From Eledone cirrhosa (taxonomy: Eukaryota): DNA of 64,000 bases. A program made the position numbers and the translations under genes. Below the pieces are notes generated by a model, which saw only the letters and a list, made by a program, of their open reading frames with translations, was not told where the DNA came from and ran no database searches. Shown here in pieces: positions 35,946-50,160 of the stretch. Location: the NCBI GenBank assembly GCA_964016885.1, contig OZ024764.1, forward strand, positions 26,660,001 to 26,724,000, written 5' to 3'. Position 1 is the stretch's first letter, and each line of letters begins with the position of its first letter.

Positions 35946-37119
35946 TCAAACAGCAAAGTGCAAGAAGAGAAAATTGTCGTGTACAGAACTGTGAATTAAG
36001 ATTTAGAAGAGGATCAGATATGAGCTGCTCTAATTTACCAACTAGTAATGATAGCTGTTGTTTTGTGGGGGATTGAGGGCACACCACCTGTACAAAGAGA
36101 TATTATCATCTTTCCTAAAGACCATCCTCCTCAGAAAATACCACATAATGCATGCCACTTGGACCTCATGACCGACCGATAATGGTGAATTTTGGTGGCA
36201 TAGTGCCATGGAGAGGAATGTAGGACCTGTGTTTGCAATAGACTGACAATGCAGGAGTATTACATATACTGTATAGCATATAGAGGAGGATTTAGTGCAA
36301 TATATAGGGCAGGTAAATTATTTTAGCAGTATTTAGTGGATGCCTATATGAAAGTAGAGGGATGCAGGCTTCAATATTTGAGGAACAATCAAGCCCAATT
36401 GTGAGTGGATGAGTATAATGGTTTAATGAATTATCTAAACAGATGATAACACTGAGCCTTAAAAAATGAAGACAAGATAAGAAACAGAGAAGACATTGAC
36501 AGAATCGTGTCAGCAGAAATACCTGCATTGGAAGATGATCCAGTACTACATGAGCAGGTTTAAAAGTTTATGATCCACAGGCCATGTGGTTCTGGAAACC
36601 CTTTTCCCCCATTTATACAAAATGGATTTTTCAAAAAGAACTATCCAAAAACCTACAGAAGGGAAACATTATTGAACCTAAATGGATACCCAGAGTACAG
36701 GAGGTGCAAGACAGGAACTGCAGTGTAAATTGGATGACATTCAGTAGATAACAGGAATGTTATGCCATTTAATGCCTTTTTGCTTAAGAAATATTGTGCA
36801 CATATTAATGTTGAAGTTTGCGCTTCTGTAAAAAGTGTCAAGTACCTCTTTAAATATGTTACATGGGGCATGATTGTACATCTATAGAAGTAACGAATAA
36901 TGCATTACCTAATGAGGCTCAGAACCAACACAACCATGATGAAATAAGAACCTATCTTTGTTGCAGGTATGTGTCTCAACCAGAAGCAGTGTCGTGTCTC
37001 TCGGAATTTAAGCTTCATGGTACATCACATACAGTATACAGCCTAGCCACACACCTGGAGAACAAACAGAGTTTACTTTCAAAGAGGCAATGCTCAGGTT
37101 GTGGTAGAAATGCAGGGAC
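35946..37119 (+). pseudogene. Helitron RepHel continuation, helicase C-terminus deleted
   Basis: Colinear with 18242-19416, then jumps via ACC microhomology to the equivalent of ~20061. Confidence 0.9.
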
Positions 37120-40100
37120 CTAAACACAATAAAATGTCACCTGTGCTACCAAAACTACCACAGGAACTCTGTCGGCATCAGCAAGGCTCAAGCCGAAAGG
37201 CTTCAATACTAGACCTGTAATCAGGGCCACTTTACCTCCGACGACCAGCTTTCTACCGAGTGTGTGTTGATGGAGGGGACATGGGACCAGCAAAGTCCTA
37301 GGAGTAGAGACTAGTAAATAATAAACGGTCCTAGCTATGTTAAGAATATATATAAGAAAAATGTTCTATACATTTAAGAAGACAAGAGAAATAAATATTT
37401 ACCTCTTTCATGTAGGTAATATAGCGGTGTTATAAAAGTATAATAACTGATGCAGGTAGTTTGTTTCAAACTATAACACATATAACTCTATCAGTGAAGC
37501 CCTTTAGTATAGGTCAACTGGGAAACTATAACACATATAACCCTATCAGTGAAGCCCTCTGGGAAACTATAACACATATAACTCTATCAGTGAAGCCCTT
37601 TAGTATAGGTCAACTGGGAAACTATAACACATATAACCCTATCAGTGAAGTCCTTTAGTATAGGTCAACTGGGAAATTATAACACATATAACCCTATCAG
37701 TGAAGTCCTTTAGTATAGGTCAACTAACAGAAGTATTACGGGTATGGAAAAAATTCTAAATAAGCCTACAACAGTCATTGCGGGCCACTCTGACTGGTCA
37801 GGTGGGCTCGATTGTGGCCCGCGGGCCGCCTGTTGCACGCCCCTCCTTTAGACAGAATATCTATCACTGTTAAGTAATACTGTGATCTGTCGGCTAACTA
37901 CATTTCCCAGCCTGTGGCGTTTGGGGGAGTCGGGATACTGACTGCGAGATTCCTATCTTCACTGGCGGCTAGCCTGACGAAGGTGACTGGTGAAGCTCGT
38001 GAGGGCACTTGGTTGTTCCAGCTCCTCAGCCTCGCCATCGCCCGGGGTAACGCTGCAGACGTGCTGGCTTGCCTAAAAAATCATTAGAGAGGTTTCCCAG
38101 TGCTCCTCGCGATACTGTTATCTTTTGCTCTAGTAGCAGCTCGTTTGTCCACCCCTTTCGCCTGCCTTTGGTTGTATGTCGTCCTAGATGTGTGTATTAC
38201 CTGCTTGTGTGTTGTATGTGGTCCTAGATGTGTGTATTGCCTGCTTATGTGGTCCTAGATGTATGTATTACCTGCTGGTGTGTTGTATGTGGTCCCAGAT
38301 GTGTGGATTACCTGTTTTTGTGTTGTATGTGGTCCCAAATGTGTGTGCTACCCGCTTCTGTGATTTGTTGTTTCTTCTTTCTCTCTTCCGAGAAACAATC
38401 CTGTATTTTTTTAATCTATTCCATGCGTTAAGTAATTAGCAGCAACAACAAACTGATTTTCAGTTGTAAAAAGAATCTTTAAACCTTCACCATTTACATT
38501 AACACATACCATACGTTGTCCCAGCCACAAATAAACAGTAAAAAAAACTTACTTTGCGGTTAAATTCTTCACAATTAAAAGAAAAATATTTCTAACACGT
38601 TTCTAGACAACACCAAGTTTACACCTTCAATATCCGGTAAAAGTAAAAACATATTCTGGAGACATTTAACGAAACGAAACTATGTAAAGAAAAACGAAAA
38701 TTAAACGAAGACAAATAGTAAATTTTAATTTTTATTAAATAAAATACCAGTAATTCACTGCAGTAGATTTAATCAACTTTACTCTCTCTGCACGAAAGAA
38801 GAAAAAAATTCCTGACTTAGTGCTTAATATATAGAGAGGGGGAGAGTTTGGTGTTACTTCATATAGAGAGGGGTATTGGAAGAGAGTGCCGTGTAGTAGA
38901 TATAGAGAGGGAGAGAGTGTGTGCTAATTGATATAAAGAGGGGGATTTGCACCCCCCCCCCGCCTAGTAAAATTCTGAAATGCTTCGACCTCCCTGTACA
39001 TATATATATATATATAGTATACACACACAGACATATATATAGTAAATAAATGTGTGTGTGTATCAGTGGTCCCCAAACTTTTCTGTTCCACACCCCTCCT
39101 CTAAAATATGTTTATGTTCCCCTTTAATATAAAAACAATCCGAGTATTCTGAAAGTATTATTACTGTAATATAAAGTAGAAACCCTTTATTTAAACAAAG
39201 CTACGATGCAGCGATGATCAAAACAAACTTCTCGTAGGTGCTGCCAAGCGGGGAAAAGTGGATGTATAATGATGATGATATATATATATATGCCCCACCC
39301 TTGCAAACAGGGAAAAGCAGACGTAAAATGAAAATGATGATATATATATAGATAGATAGATATGTATATATATATATTTATACTTATACGTCATGGTGGC
39401 TACAGGTGCCAAGAGGAAGAAGCCGGTCAAATCCTCTGATATTTGTTTATCTTCCTTTCCTTTGTACATATATATATATAGTATGTGTGTGTGTATGAAG
39501 ATGTATGACCCCTAGCAAGCCAAACTACAGTTACTCCCCAACATGGAGAGCAAATTAAAACATTACCTGTTAGAGAGGAACGTGAAATGAATTGTTAGTG
39601 AACTACCGGTGTCACAGTAATTATGTTACCGGTGTAACTATTTCTGTTTACCTTATTTTTAAATGACACTCCTATATTAGTTTAGTGACCTTTCAATTCA
39701 AATAAATTCTTGATGATGATTGAACTCGCATCGGAGTAGCCCAACGCCTTGGCCTCCGCGTGTGTGAGCCACATAAATGCTCTCAACGACATAGTGAGAA
39801 GAAGCCTGGACGCAGCTGAATTTCCATCTCAACTGGAGTCAGCAGGCTTAGGCCGCGGAGATGGCAAGCACCCCGAGGGAATCACCCTCTTCCCATTCGA
39901 AGGAGGTAGATCCACAAACCCCAGCATCGCTGCCCGTCTCGCAGATGAGCATAAAATAAACAAATTCCGGTGTTTGTCCTGGAGCCTCTTCTAAGCACCA
40001 GCCGCCGTCGAGACCCCGGGCCAACTTGGACCCATTACAGCCGAGCTCCTCCGCAACATCGCAGTGTCTGTGGCCCGTCTGAGGATGGAGTCCCACGAGG

Positions 40101-40250
40101 TTGGATGCCTGTTGCAGCAGGTGTTACTGTCCTTACATATATATACGTAAATGTTCCCTTGACTGCTATTTCTAGCATATATTAATAGACACTTTAGAAA
40201 CAGCAGCTAAAAATCAAGAAACAACAGTGTGTGTCTGTATATATATACAC

Positions 40251-40317
<67 letters not shown>

Positions 40318-40425
40318 AGCCAAAGACACGCACACACGAACATACACATACACACAGGTGTATGTCTGCGTGTATGTATATATATGTGTGTGTCTTTTCG
40401 TTCTCTCTCTCTCTCTCTCTCTCTC

Positions 40426-40488
<63 letters not shown>

Positions 40489-40700
40489 GTCAGTGATCCC
40501 CCTCGCAACCTTTAATTAAACAAACCTGCGATGAGGCGATGATCAAAATAAACACCAAAGTATAAACAAACAGCCCATAGGTGCTGCCGGATACACGATA
40601 ACATGTGTAGACGAAGTAAAACTTTTATTACTGTAATATAAAGTAGAAACCCTTTATTTAAACAAAGCTGCGATGCAGCGATGATCAAAACAAACTTCAA

Positions 40701-41721
40701 ATAACATGTGTATACGAAGTGTATCTGGAAGCTTGGTCGTATTATATGACTTTCAAATTGACCCCTATTATATTCAAATTATCCCCTGTGGGGCGTGCAC
40801 CCCACGTTGAGAATCCCTCATAAATAAATATATGTGAGTGTGTTGCTATGACTGCTATTTCTAGCAGGTTTACTGCAGTCCTGTAGACGCACAACAAAAA
40901 CCGGAAGTGGCAGCCATTAAAAAACTTTGGCTTAAAATCAGGCAAAAGTTTTTTAACAATTTGCCAAGAAAGATAACTCTTGTCTTACTTAATCGCAAAA
41001 ATCGAGGCAAAAATTTTGTGGGTGTACAGTTTGTTTGGTGTATTTGACTGCTATTTCTAGCATGTATGGACACTTTAGAAATAGCAGCGAAAAACGGAAA
41101 ACAGCAGAAAGAAGGACACACACCTATATATATATATATATATACCAGCTATACACTCACCCATACATATATATATATACCAGCTATACACACACCCATA
41201 TCTACGTATAGGTGTGTGTGCGCGCGTGTATGTATATATAAATATATATATTTAAATGTATATATCTGTGCATATATATATGTATATATATATATACGTG
41301 TGTGTCCTTCTTTCTTATGTTTCCCGTGTTTCGCTGCTATTTCTAAAGTGTCCATATATGCTAGAAATAGCAGTCAAATACACCAAACAAACTGCACACC
41401 CGCAAAATTTTTTGCCTCGATTTTTGCGATTAAGTAAGACAAGAGTTATCTTTCTTGGCAAATTGTTAAAAAACTTTTGCCTGATTTTAAGCCAAAGTTT
41501 TTTAATGGCTTCCACTTCCGGTTTTTGTTGTGCGTCTACAGGACTGCAGTAAACCTGCTAGAAATAGCAGTCATAGCAACACACTCACATATATTTATTT
41601 ATGAGGGATTCTCAACGTGGGGTGCACGCCCCACAGGGGATAATTTGAATATAATAGGGGTCAATTTGAAAGTCATATAATACGACCCAACTCCCTGTTA
41701 CACTTCGTATACACATGTTAT
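40701..41721. repeat. Long inverted repeat: arms ~40701-41140 and ~41282-41721, short microsatellite spacer
   Basis: Mirrored ORFs 40742..40945(-) and 41477..41680(+); arms read as reverse complements. Confidence 0.95.
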
Positions 41722-43909
41722 CGTGTATCTGGCAGCACCTGCGAGAAGTTTGTTTACATTTTGGGGTTTGCTTTGATGATCGCTGCATCTCAGCTTTGTT
41801 TAAATAAAGGGTTTCTACTTTATATTACAGTAATAACACTTTTACAAGACTCGGATTGTTTTTATATTAAAGGGGGACATGTTTTTTAAACTCTGAACTC
41901 AGCATCTTTCTGTTGTTCTCCGGGATTCTAGCAAAGTATAAAAAAAAATATATATATATAGATATATATATATATATCTGGCAGTCAACCTCAGACTCGA
42001 AAAAGCCGCCGCTAATCGTGATCGTTGGGGTTATAATTCGACTAAAGTGCTTCCACTGGGCACCATTAGCTGGTTGTGATCATTGGAGAATTCTTTCTGC
42101 GCTGAAAGAGCCTAGGACTAAAAGATATATATATAGATGTCGAAACGGCAGTAGCACAGCCGTTGGGGTCCTGAATATTTTCACATCTATATATGTGTGT
42201 GTATTCTGCGACATTTATAATTACATAAGCAAGCATATTTGAATAACAAAATTTGAGGTTTAAATACTTTATTTTTTACCAATAACATAGAGAAAGGCAT
42301 GAACAACACCACATGTTAATTACTTTAATATTGAAAGTAGGCTTATAAATATTAAAAAAGCAGATGTTTGTATCTTTCATGGTGGTCTGGTGGGTGATAC
42401 CAGAGATGGTGGTAGTCATGGTTTCGGTTTCAATCCTGGTCATGGGTTACATATAAGGTCTCATTTTTCTTTCTTTCAGTTTTCTTCTTATCTCTAGATA
42501 TAAATATATATACATAAGGTAATTTGGTAGAATTGTTAGAACATCAGATAGAATTCTTTGCAGTATTTTTCCAGTTCTTTACTCTGAGTTCAACTTTACC
42601 TTTCTTCCATTCGGTGTCGATAAGTCTTGAATATGTCTAACGTAGCAATAACTGGAGCTACTTAACCAAGTTTTCCCAACCTAGTCGATGTCACCTACTG
42701 GTTGGCGATTTAAACTGTTGGCTGGGACAATGACCAACTAATCAGTCAGATTCCAACTCACTATGTCTGGCATATATTTTATATTTTATATTTGAATGAA
42801 GTTCTGTAAGTAACCTGGTGGCTTAGATGGCAATACTGCTCGAATAGATGGCTTCTATTATGAAGTTATAAGTTCATTCCCTATCCAGGATTGTAGAATT
42901 AATTTTATTTAGTTATTATTTAATCAATTGTTTTAACAAACAAATTATATCTATAAAACGCCAAATATAGTGAGTTCAAATCTGACTGACATGCATGGTA
43001 TATATTTATGTTTCATTATACAGCGACACAATACACAGGAACTTATAAAGATATGTATATATTGTCCAGGAGTTTCGAGTTTAGTGGGAATTGGTACAAC
43101 TCTCAATTGGAGCTAGTCCCTGCAAGATCAGCATAAATAATGTTATACCTTTTCATGAAATCTTGCACACCCGATATTTTATACATGATTATTTAAAGGT
43201 GAACAAAAACCAAAGAACATTGTGCAGCATTTCTCAACCTTTCTACCCATGTCGATCTCTTGAAATAGTTTTTATGTCTCAGGGAAGCCCTGCATAAAAT
43301 ATACTTTTTCTATCTCTAGAGCAGTGGTTCCCAAATCGTGTGCTGCGAGATGAAACAAGATGAGCTGCAAAAGACTAAGATTAAGTTTTAAGATGTGAAA
43401 AATATAAAACTGAAATTTCATATAAAAGTTCAAATATAGCTACAGCCACAAACCTAGGCTCCACACCCAGCAATGCAGAGGATAGTAAGATAGTACCAAG
43501 GCCTGACTCACCTCTTCCACTCCATTGAGACCTCTGCCATACTTGGTCCCTGTACTGCTGATTTCCTCCATAAAGTCGGGAGGAAAGACAACAGAAGCCT
43601 CATGAGGAGGGGCAACTATTGTAGCAGGTGTCTCTGGCCTTGTTCCGAGGTAACGCTTTTACGTTTCTTCCACAGGTTGCGGCTGAGGGACCACTTAGAC
43701 TGGGGTGAAGTGTCTGTCCCTCCCCCGACTTCTTACTTCTTTTTTTTTCTCATTTTCATTTTCTTTTCTCTTCTTGCTTATCTCTGCTATACCACGGCAT
43801 CAAAAACATATATAATATGTGTATGTATGGTATAGGTGTATTTATATTTAGGATAGTTATCAAAGGTAAATAGACTGGTTGGAGCAATAACAGTCTTGTT
43901 TATGTATAT

Positions 43910-44006
<97 letters not shown>

Positions 44007-44379
44007 TGTTCTTGTATTTCCATAGAAAAGGTAAAGAAAAGAAGAATGCTATATATATTGTACAGAGCTATTTAATTACATAATAAACAACAGAATATAA
44101 TTATTCCATGCAAATAGACTTAGACTGGAAAACATTCAGACAGAGAAGAATGGATAATGAGCGTCGTAAGAGAAATTGCCAACAATTAATATTAATGGAA
44201 ATGTAGAAGAATTTCATATTAGTGATATGAATGTTTCGTGTGATCACTGTGGAGCTTTGAAATTTAGAAATGAAAATTGTAACTGTTGTAATAAAGGAAA
44301 GGTTATGTTGCCACCATTGCAAATATACCCTGAGAGACTGAGAAATCTCTTTGAAAGAGATTTCTCAGTCTCTCAGGGT

Positions 44380-45180
44380 ATATATTCCCGCCGGTGAAAT
44401 AAAAATTTTAATAGAAAAACGGCGGGAATATATGTTACAACCCAACCTACATATTTTTGGGTTGTAACATATATTCCCGCCGTTGAAATAAATATTTTAA
44501 TAGAAAAACGGCGGGAATATATGTTACAACCCAATCTATATATATTTGAGTTGTAACATATATTCCCGCCGTTGAAATAAAAATTTTAATAGAAAAACGG
44601 CGGGAATATATGTTACAACGCAATCTATATATATTTGGGTTGTAACATATATTCCCGCCGTTGAAATAAAAATTTTAATAGAAAAACGGCGGGAATATAT
44701 GTTACAACCCAACCTATATATGTTTGGGTTGTAATATATATTCCCGCCGTTTTTCTGTTAAAATTTTTATTTCAACGGCGGGAATATATGTTACAACCCA
44801 AATATATGTAGATTGGGTTGTAACATATATTCCCGCCGTTTTTCTATTAAAATTTTTATTTCGACGGCGGGAATATATGTTACAACCCAAATATATATAG
44901 ATTGCGTTGTAACATATATTCCCGCCGTTTTTCTATTAAAATTTTTATTTCAACGGCGGGAATATATGTTACAACCCAAATATATGTAGATTGGATTGTA
45001 ACATATATTCCCGCCGTTTTTCTATTCAAATTTTTATTTCAACGGCGGGAATATATGTTACAACTCAAATATATATAGATTGGGTTGTAACATATATTCC
45101 CGCCGTTTTTCTATTAAAATTTTTATTTCACCGGCGGGAATATGTTACAACCCAAATATATATATATTGAGTTGTAACAT
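44380..45180. repeat. 89-bp inverted-core satellite (9 units)
   Basis: Same cores; 4 forward and 5 reverse long spacers. Confidence 0.96.
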
Positions 45181-46654
45181 GGGTTACATATAAGGTCTCA
45201 TTTTTTTTCTTTTCTTTCTTTCAGTTTTCTTCTTATCTCTAGATATAAATATATATACATGAGGTAACTTGGTAGAATTGTTAGAACATCAGATAGAATT
45301 CTTTGCAGTATTTTTCCAGTTCTTTACTCTGAGTTCAACTTTACCTTTCTTCCATTCAGTGTCGATAAGTCTTGGATATGTCTAACGTAGCAATAACTGG
45401 AGCTACTTAACCAAGTTTTGCCAACCTAGTCGATGTCACCTACTGGTTGGCGATTTAAACTGTTGGCTGGGACAATGACCAACTAATCAGTCAGATTCGA
45501 ACTCACTATGTCTGGCATATATTTTATATTTTATATTTGAATGAAGTTCTGTAAGTAACCTGGTGGCTTAGATGGCAATACTGCTCGAATAGATGGCTTC
45601 TATTATGCAGTTATAAGTTCATTCCCTATCCAGGATTGTAGAATTAATTTTATTTAGTTATTATTTAATCAATTGTTTTAACAAACAAATTATATCTATA
45701 AAACGCCAAATATAGTGAGTTCAAATCTGACTGACATGCATGGTATATATTTATGTTTCATTATACAGCGACACAATACACAGGAACTTATAAAGATATG
45801 TATATATTGTCCAGGAGTTTCGAGTTTAGTGGGAATTGGTACAACTCTCAATTGGAGCTAGTCCCTGCAAGATCAGCATAAATAATGTTATACCTTTTCA
45901 TGAAATCTTGCACACCCGATATTTTATACATGATTATTTAAAGGTGAACAAAAACCAAAGAACATTGTGCAGCATTTCTCAACCTTTCTACCCATGTCGA
46001 TCTCTTGAAATAGTTTTTATGTCTCAGGGAAGCCCTGCATAAAATATACTTTTTCTATCTCTAGAGCAGTGGTTCCCAAATCGTGTGCTGCGAGATGAAA
46101 CAAGATGAGCTGCAAAAGACTAAGATTAAGTTTTAAGATGTGAAAAATATAAAACTGAAATTTCATATAAAAGTTCAAATATAGCTACAGCCACAAACCT
46201 AGGCTCCACACCCCGCAATGCAAAGGATAGTAAGATAGTACCAAGGCCTGACTCACCTCTTCCACTCCATTGAGACCTCTGCCATACTTGGTCCCTGTAC
46301 TGCTGATTTCCTCCATAAAGTCGGGAGGAAAGACAACAGGAGCCTCATGAGGAGGGGCGACTATTGTAGCAGGTGTCTCTGGCCTTGCTCCGAGGTAACG
46401 CTTTTACGTTTCTTCCACAGGTTGCGGCTGAGGGACCACTTAGACTGGGGTGAAGTGTCTGTCCCTCCCCCGACTTCTTACTTCTTTTTTTTTCTCATTT
46501 TCATTTTCTTTTCTCTTCTTGCTTATCTCTGCTATACCACGGCATCAAAAACATATATAATATGTGTATGTATGGTATAGGTGTATTTATATTTAGGATA
46601 GTTATCAAAGGTAAATAGACTGGTTGGAGCAATAACAGTCTTGTTTATGTATAT

Positions 46655-46699
<45 letters not shown>

Positions 46700-47073
46700 T
46701 GTTCTTGTATTTCCATAGAAAAGGTAAAGAAAAGAAGAATGCTATATATATTGTACAGAGCTATTTAATTACATAATAAACAACAGAATATAATTATTCC
46801 ATGCAAATAGACTTAGACTGGAAAACATTCAGACAGAGAAGAATGGATAATGAGCGTCGTAAGAGAAATTGGCCAACAATTAATATTAATGGAAATGTAG
46901 AAGGATTTCATATTAGTGATATGAATGTTTCGTGTGATCACTGTGGAGCTTTGAAATTTAGAAATGAAAATTGTAACTGTTGTAATAAAGGAAAGGTTAT
47001 GTTGCCACCATTGCAAATACACCCTGAGAGACTGAGAAATCTCTTTGAAAGAGATTTCTCAGTCTCTCAGGGT

Positions 47074-47785
47074 ATATATTCCCGCCGTTGAAATAAATAT
47101 TTTAATAGAAAAACGGCGGGAATATATGTTACAACCCAATCTATATATATTTAAGTTGTAACATATATTCCCGCCGTTGAAATAAAAATTTTAATAGAAA
47201 AACGGCGGGAATATATGTTACAACGCAATCTATATATATTTGGGTTGTAACATATATTCCCGCCGTTGAAATAAAAATTTTAATAGAAAAACGGCGGGAA
47301 TATATGTTACAACCCAACCTACATATGTTTGGGTTATAATATATATTCCCGCCGTTTTTCTGTTAAAATTTTTATTTCAACGGCGGGAATATATGTTACA
47401 ACCCAAATATATGTAGATTGGGTTGTAACATATATTCCCGCCGTTTTTCTATTAAAATTTTTATTTCGACGGCGGGAATATATGTTACAACCCAAATATA
47501 TATAGATTGCGTTGTAACATATATTCCCGCCGTTTTTCTATTAAAATTTTTATTTCAACGGCGGGAATATATGTTACAACCCAAATATATGTACATTGGA
47601 TTGTAACATATATTCCCGCCGTTTTTCTATTCAAATTTTTATTTCAACGGCGGGAATATATGTTACAACTCAAATATATATAGATTGGGTTGTAACATAT
47701 ATTCCCGCCGTTTTTCTATTAAAATTTTTATTTCACCGGCGGGAATATGTTACAACCCAAATATATATATATTGAGTTGTAACAT
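47074..47785. repeat. 89-bp inverted-core satellite (8 units)
   Basis: Same cores; 3 forward and 5 reverse long spacers. Confidence 0.96.
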
Positions 47786-49369
47786 GGGTTACATATAAGG
47801 TCTCATTTTTTTTCTTTTCTTTCTTTCAGTTTTCTTCTTATCTCTAGATATAAATATATATACATGAGGTAACTTGGTAGAATTGTTAGAACATCAGATA
47901 GAATTCTTTGCAGTATTTTTCCAGTTCTTTACTCTGAGTTCAACTTTACCTTTCTTCCATTCAGTGTCGATAAGTCTTGAATATGTCTAACGTAGCAATA
48001 ACTGGAGCTACTTAACCAAGTTTTGCCAACCTAGTCGATGTCACCTACTGGTTGGCGATTTAAACTGTTGGCTGGGACAATGACCAACTAATCAGTCAGA
48101 TTCGAACTCACTATGTCTGGCATATATTTTATATTTTATATTTGAATGAAGTTCTGTAAGTAACCTGGTGGCTTAGATGGCAATACTGCTCGAATAGATG
48201 GCTTCTATTATGCAGTTATAAGTTCATTCCCTATCCAGGATTGTAGAATTAATTTTATTTAGTTATTATTTAATCAATTGTTTTAACAAACAAATTATAT
48301 CTATAAAACGCCAAATATAGTGAGTTCAAATCTGACTGACATGCATGGTATATATTTATGTTTCATTATACAGCGACACAATACACAGGAACTTATAAAG
48401 ATATGTATATATTGTCCAGGAGTTTCGAGTTTAGTGGGAATTGGTACAACTCTCAATTGGAGCTAGTCCCTGCAAGATCAGCATAAATAATGTTATACCT
48501 TTTCATGAAATCTTGCACACCCGATATTTTATACATGATTATTTAAAGGTGAACAAAAACCAAAGAACATTGTGCAGCATTTCTCAACCTTTCTACCCAT
48601 GTCGATCTCTTGAAATAGTTTTTATGTCTCAGGGAAGCCCTGCATAAAATATACTTTTTCTATCTCTAGAGCAGTGGTTCCCGAATCGTGTGCTGCGAGA
48701 TGAAACAAGATGAGCTGCAAAAGACTAAGATTAAGTTTTATGATGTGAAAAATGTAAAGCTGAAATTTCATACAAAAGTTCAAATATAGCTACAGCCACA
48801 AACCTAGGCTCCACACCCCGCAATGCAGAGGATAGTAAGATAGTACCAAGGCCTGACTCACCTCTTCCACTCCATTGAGACCTCTGCCATACTTGGTCCC
48901 TGTACTGCTGATTTCCTCCATAAAGTCGGGAGGAAAGATGACAGGAGCCTCATGAGGAGGGGCGACTATTGTAGCAGGTGTCTCTGGCCTTGCTCCGAGG
49001 TAACGCTTTTACGTTTCTTCCACAGGTTGCGGCTGAGGGACCACTTAGACTGGGGTGAAGTGTCTGTCCCTCCCCCGACTTCTTACTTCTTTTTTTTTCT
49101 CCTTTTCATTTTCTTTTCTCTTCTTGTTTATCTCTGCTATACCACGGCATCAAAAACATATATGATATATGTATGTATGGTATAGGTGTATTTATATTTA
49201 GGATAGTTATCAAAGGTAAATAGACTGGTTGGAGCAATAACAGTCTTGTTTATGTATATACATATATATATATATTTATATGTTTGTACTTGTATTTCCA
49301 TAGAAAAGGTAAAGAAAAGAAGAGTGCTCTATGTATTGTACAGAGCTATTTAATTACATAATAAACAAC

Positions 49370-50115
49370 AGAATGGAAAACATTCAGACAGAGAAGAATG
49401 GATAATGAGCGTTGTAAGAGAAATTGGCCAACAATTAATATTAATGGAAATGTAGAAGAATTTCATATTAGTGATATGAATGTTTCGTGTGATCACTGTG
49501 GAGCTTTGAAATTTAGAAATGAAAATTGTAACTGTTGTAATAAAGGAAAGGTTGTGTTGCCACCATTGCAAATATACCCTGAGAGACTGAGAAATCTCTT
49601 TGAAAGAGGCCAGGAAGCAGTTGATTTCACAGAAACATCTGCAATTAAAACTACATTTATTTCACTTCATTTGGTGTTACCACCCGGCAGAGGCCCGTAT
49701 AGCTTTCATATTCAGGGTCAAACATATCACTACACCCCCATCTCTGTAACCTGCAGAAAATACACCACAATATGGCCAGTTATATATTATTGATGGGAAC
49801 GAAGGTATGTAGCACAGATTGGAAGTACGTCCAAATAATTGTTTCTAGCACAAGGCCAGCAATTACTGGTACTTTATTCTATCGACCTAATAAGGATGAA
49901 AACAAAGTCAACCTTGGAGGGATTTGAACCCAGAACGTAAAGGGACATAACCCTATGCTGTAAAGCATGGTGTCTGGCGCTCTACCGATACTGCCAATCC
50001 ACTGCCCTAGTACCAACAAATAATGACTGCTCACCACAAAAAATGGCTATGATAAGAGAAGTGTTGCATGAATGTAATTCATATGTCGAAGTGTACAATA
50101 CAATGCATGGCATCA
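49370..50115 (+). pseudogene. Helitron RepHel 5' part, interrupted at the same GGCATCA site
   Basis: Same junction as 33344 (GGCATCA|CAAATGAATA). Confidence 0.9.
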
Positions 50116-50119
50116 CAAA

Positions 50120-50160
<41 letters not shown>

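Larger units (their letters stand above)
42441..50115 (+). repeat. Three tandem ~2.6-2.7-kb units (copy B)
   Basis: CATGGGTTACATATAAGG at 42441, 45178 and 47783. Confidence 0.96.
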
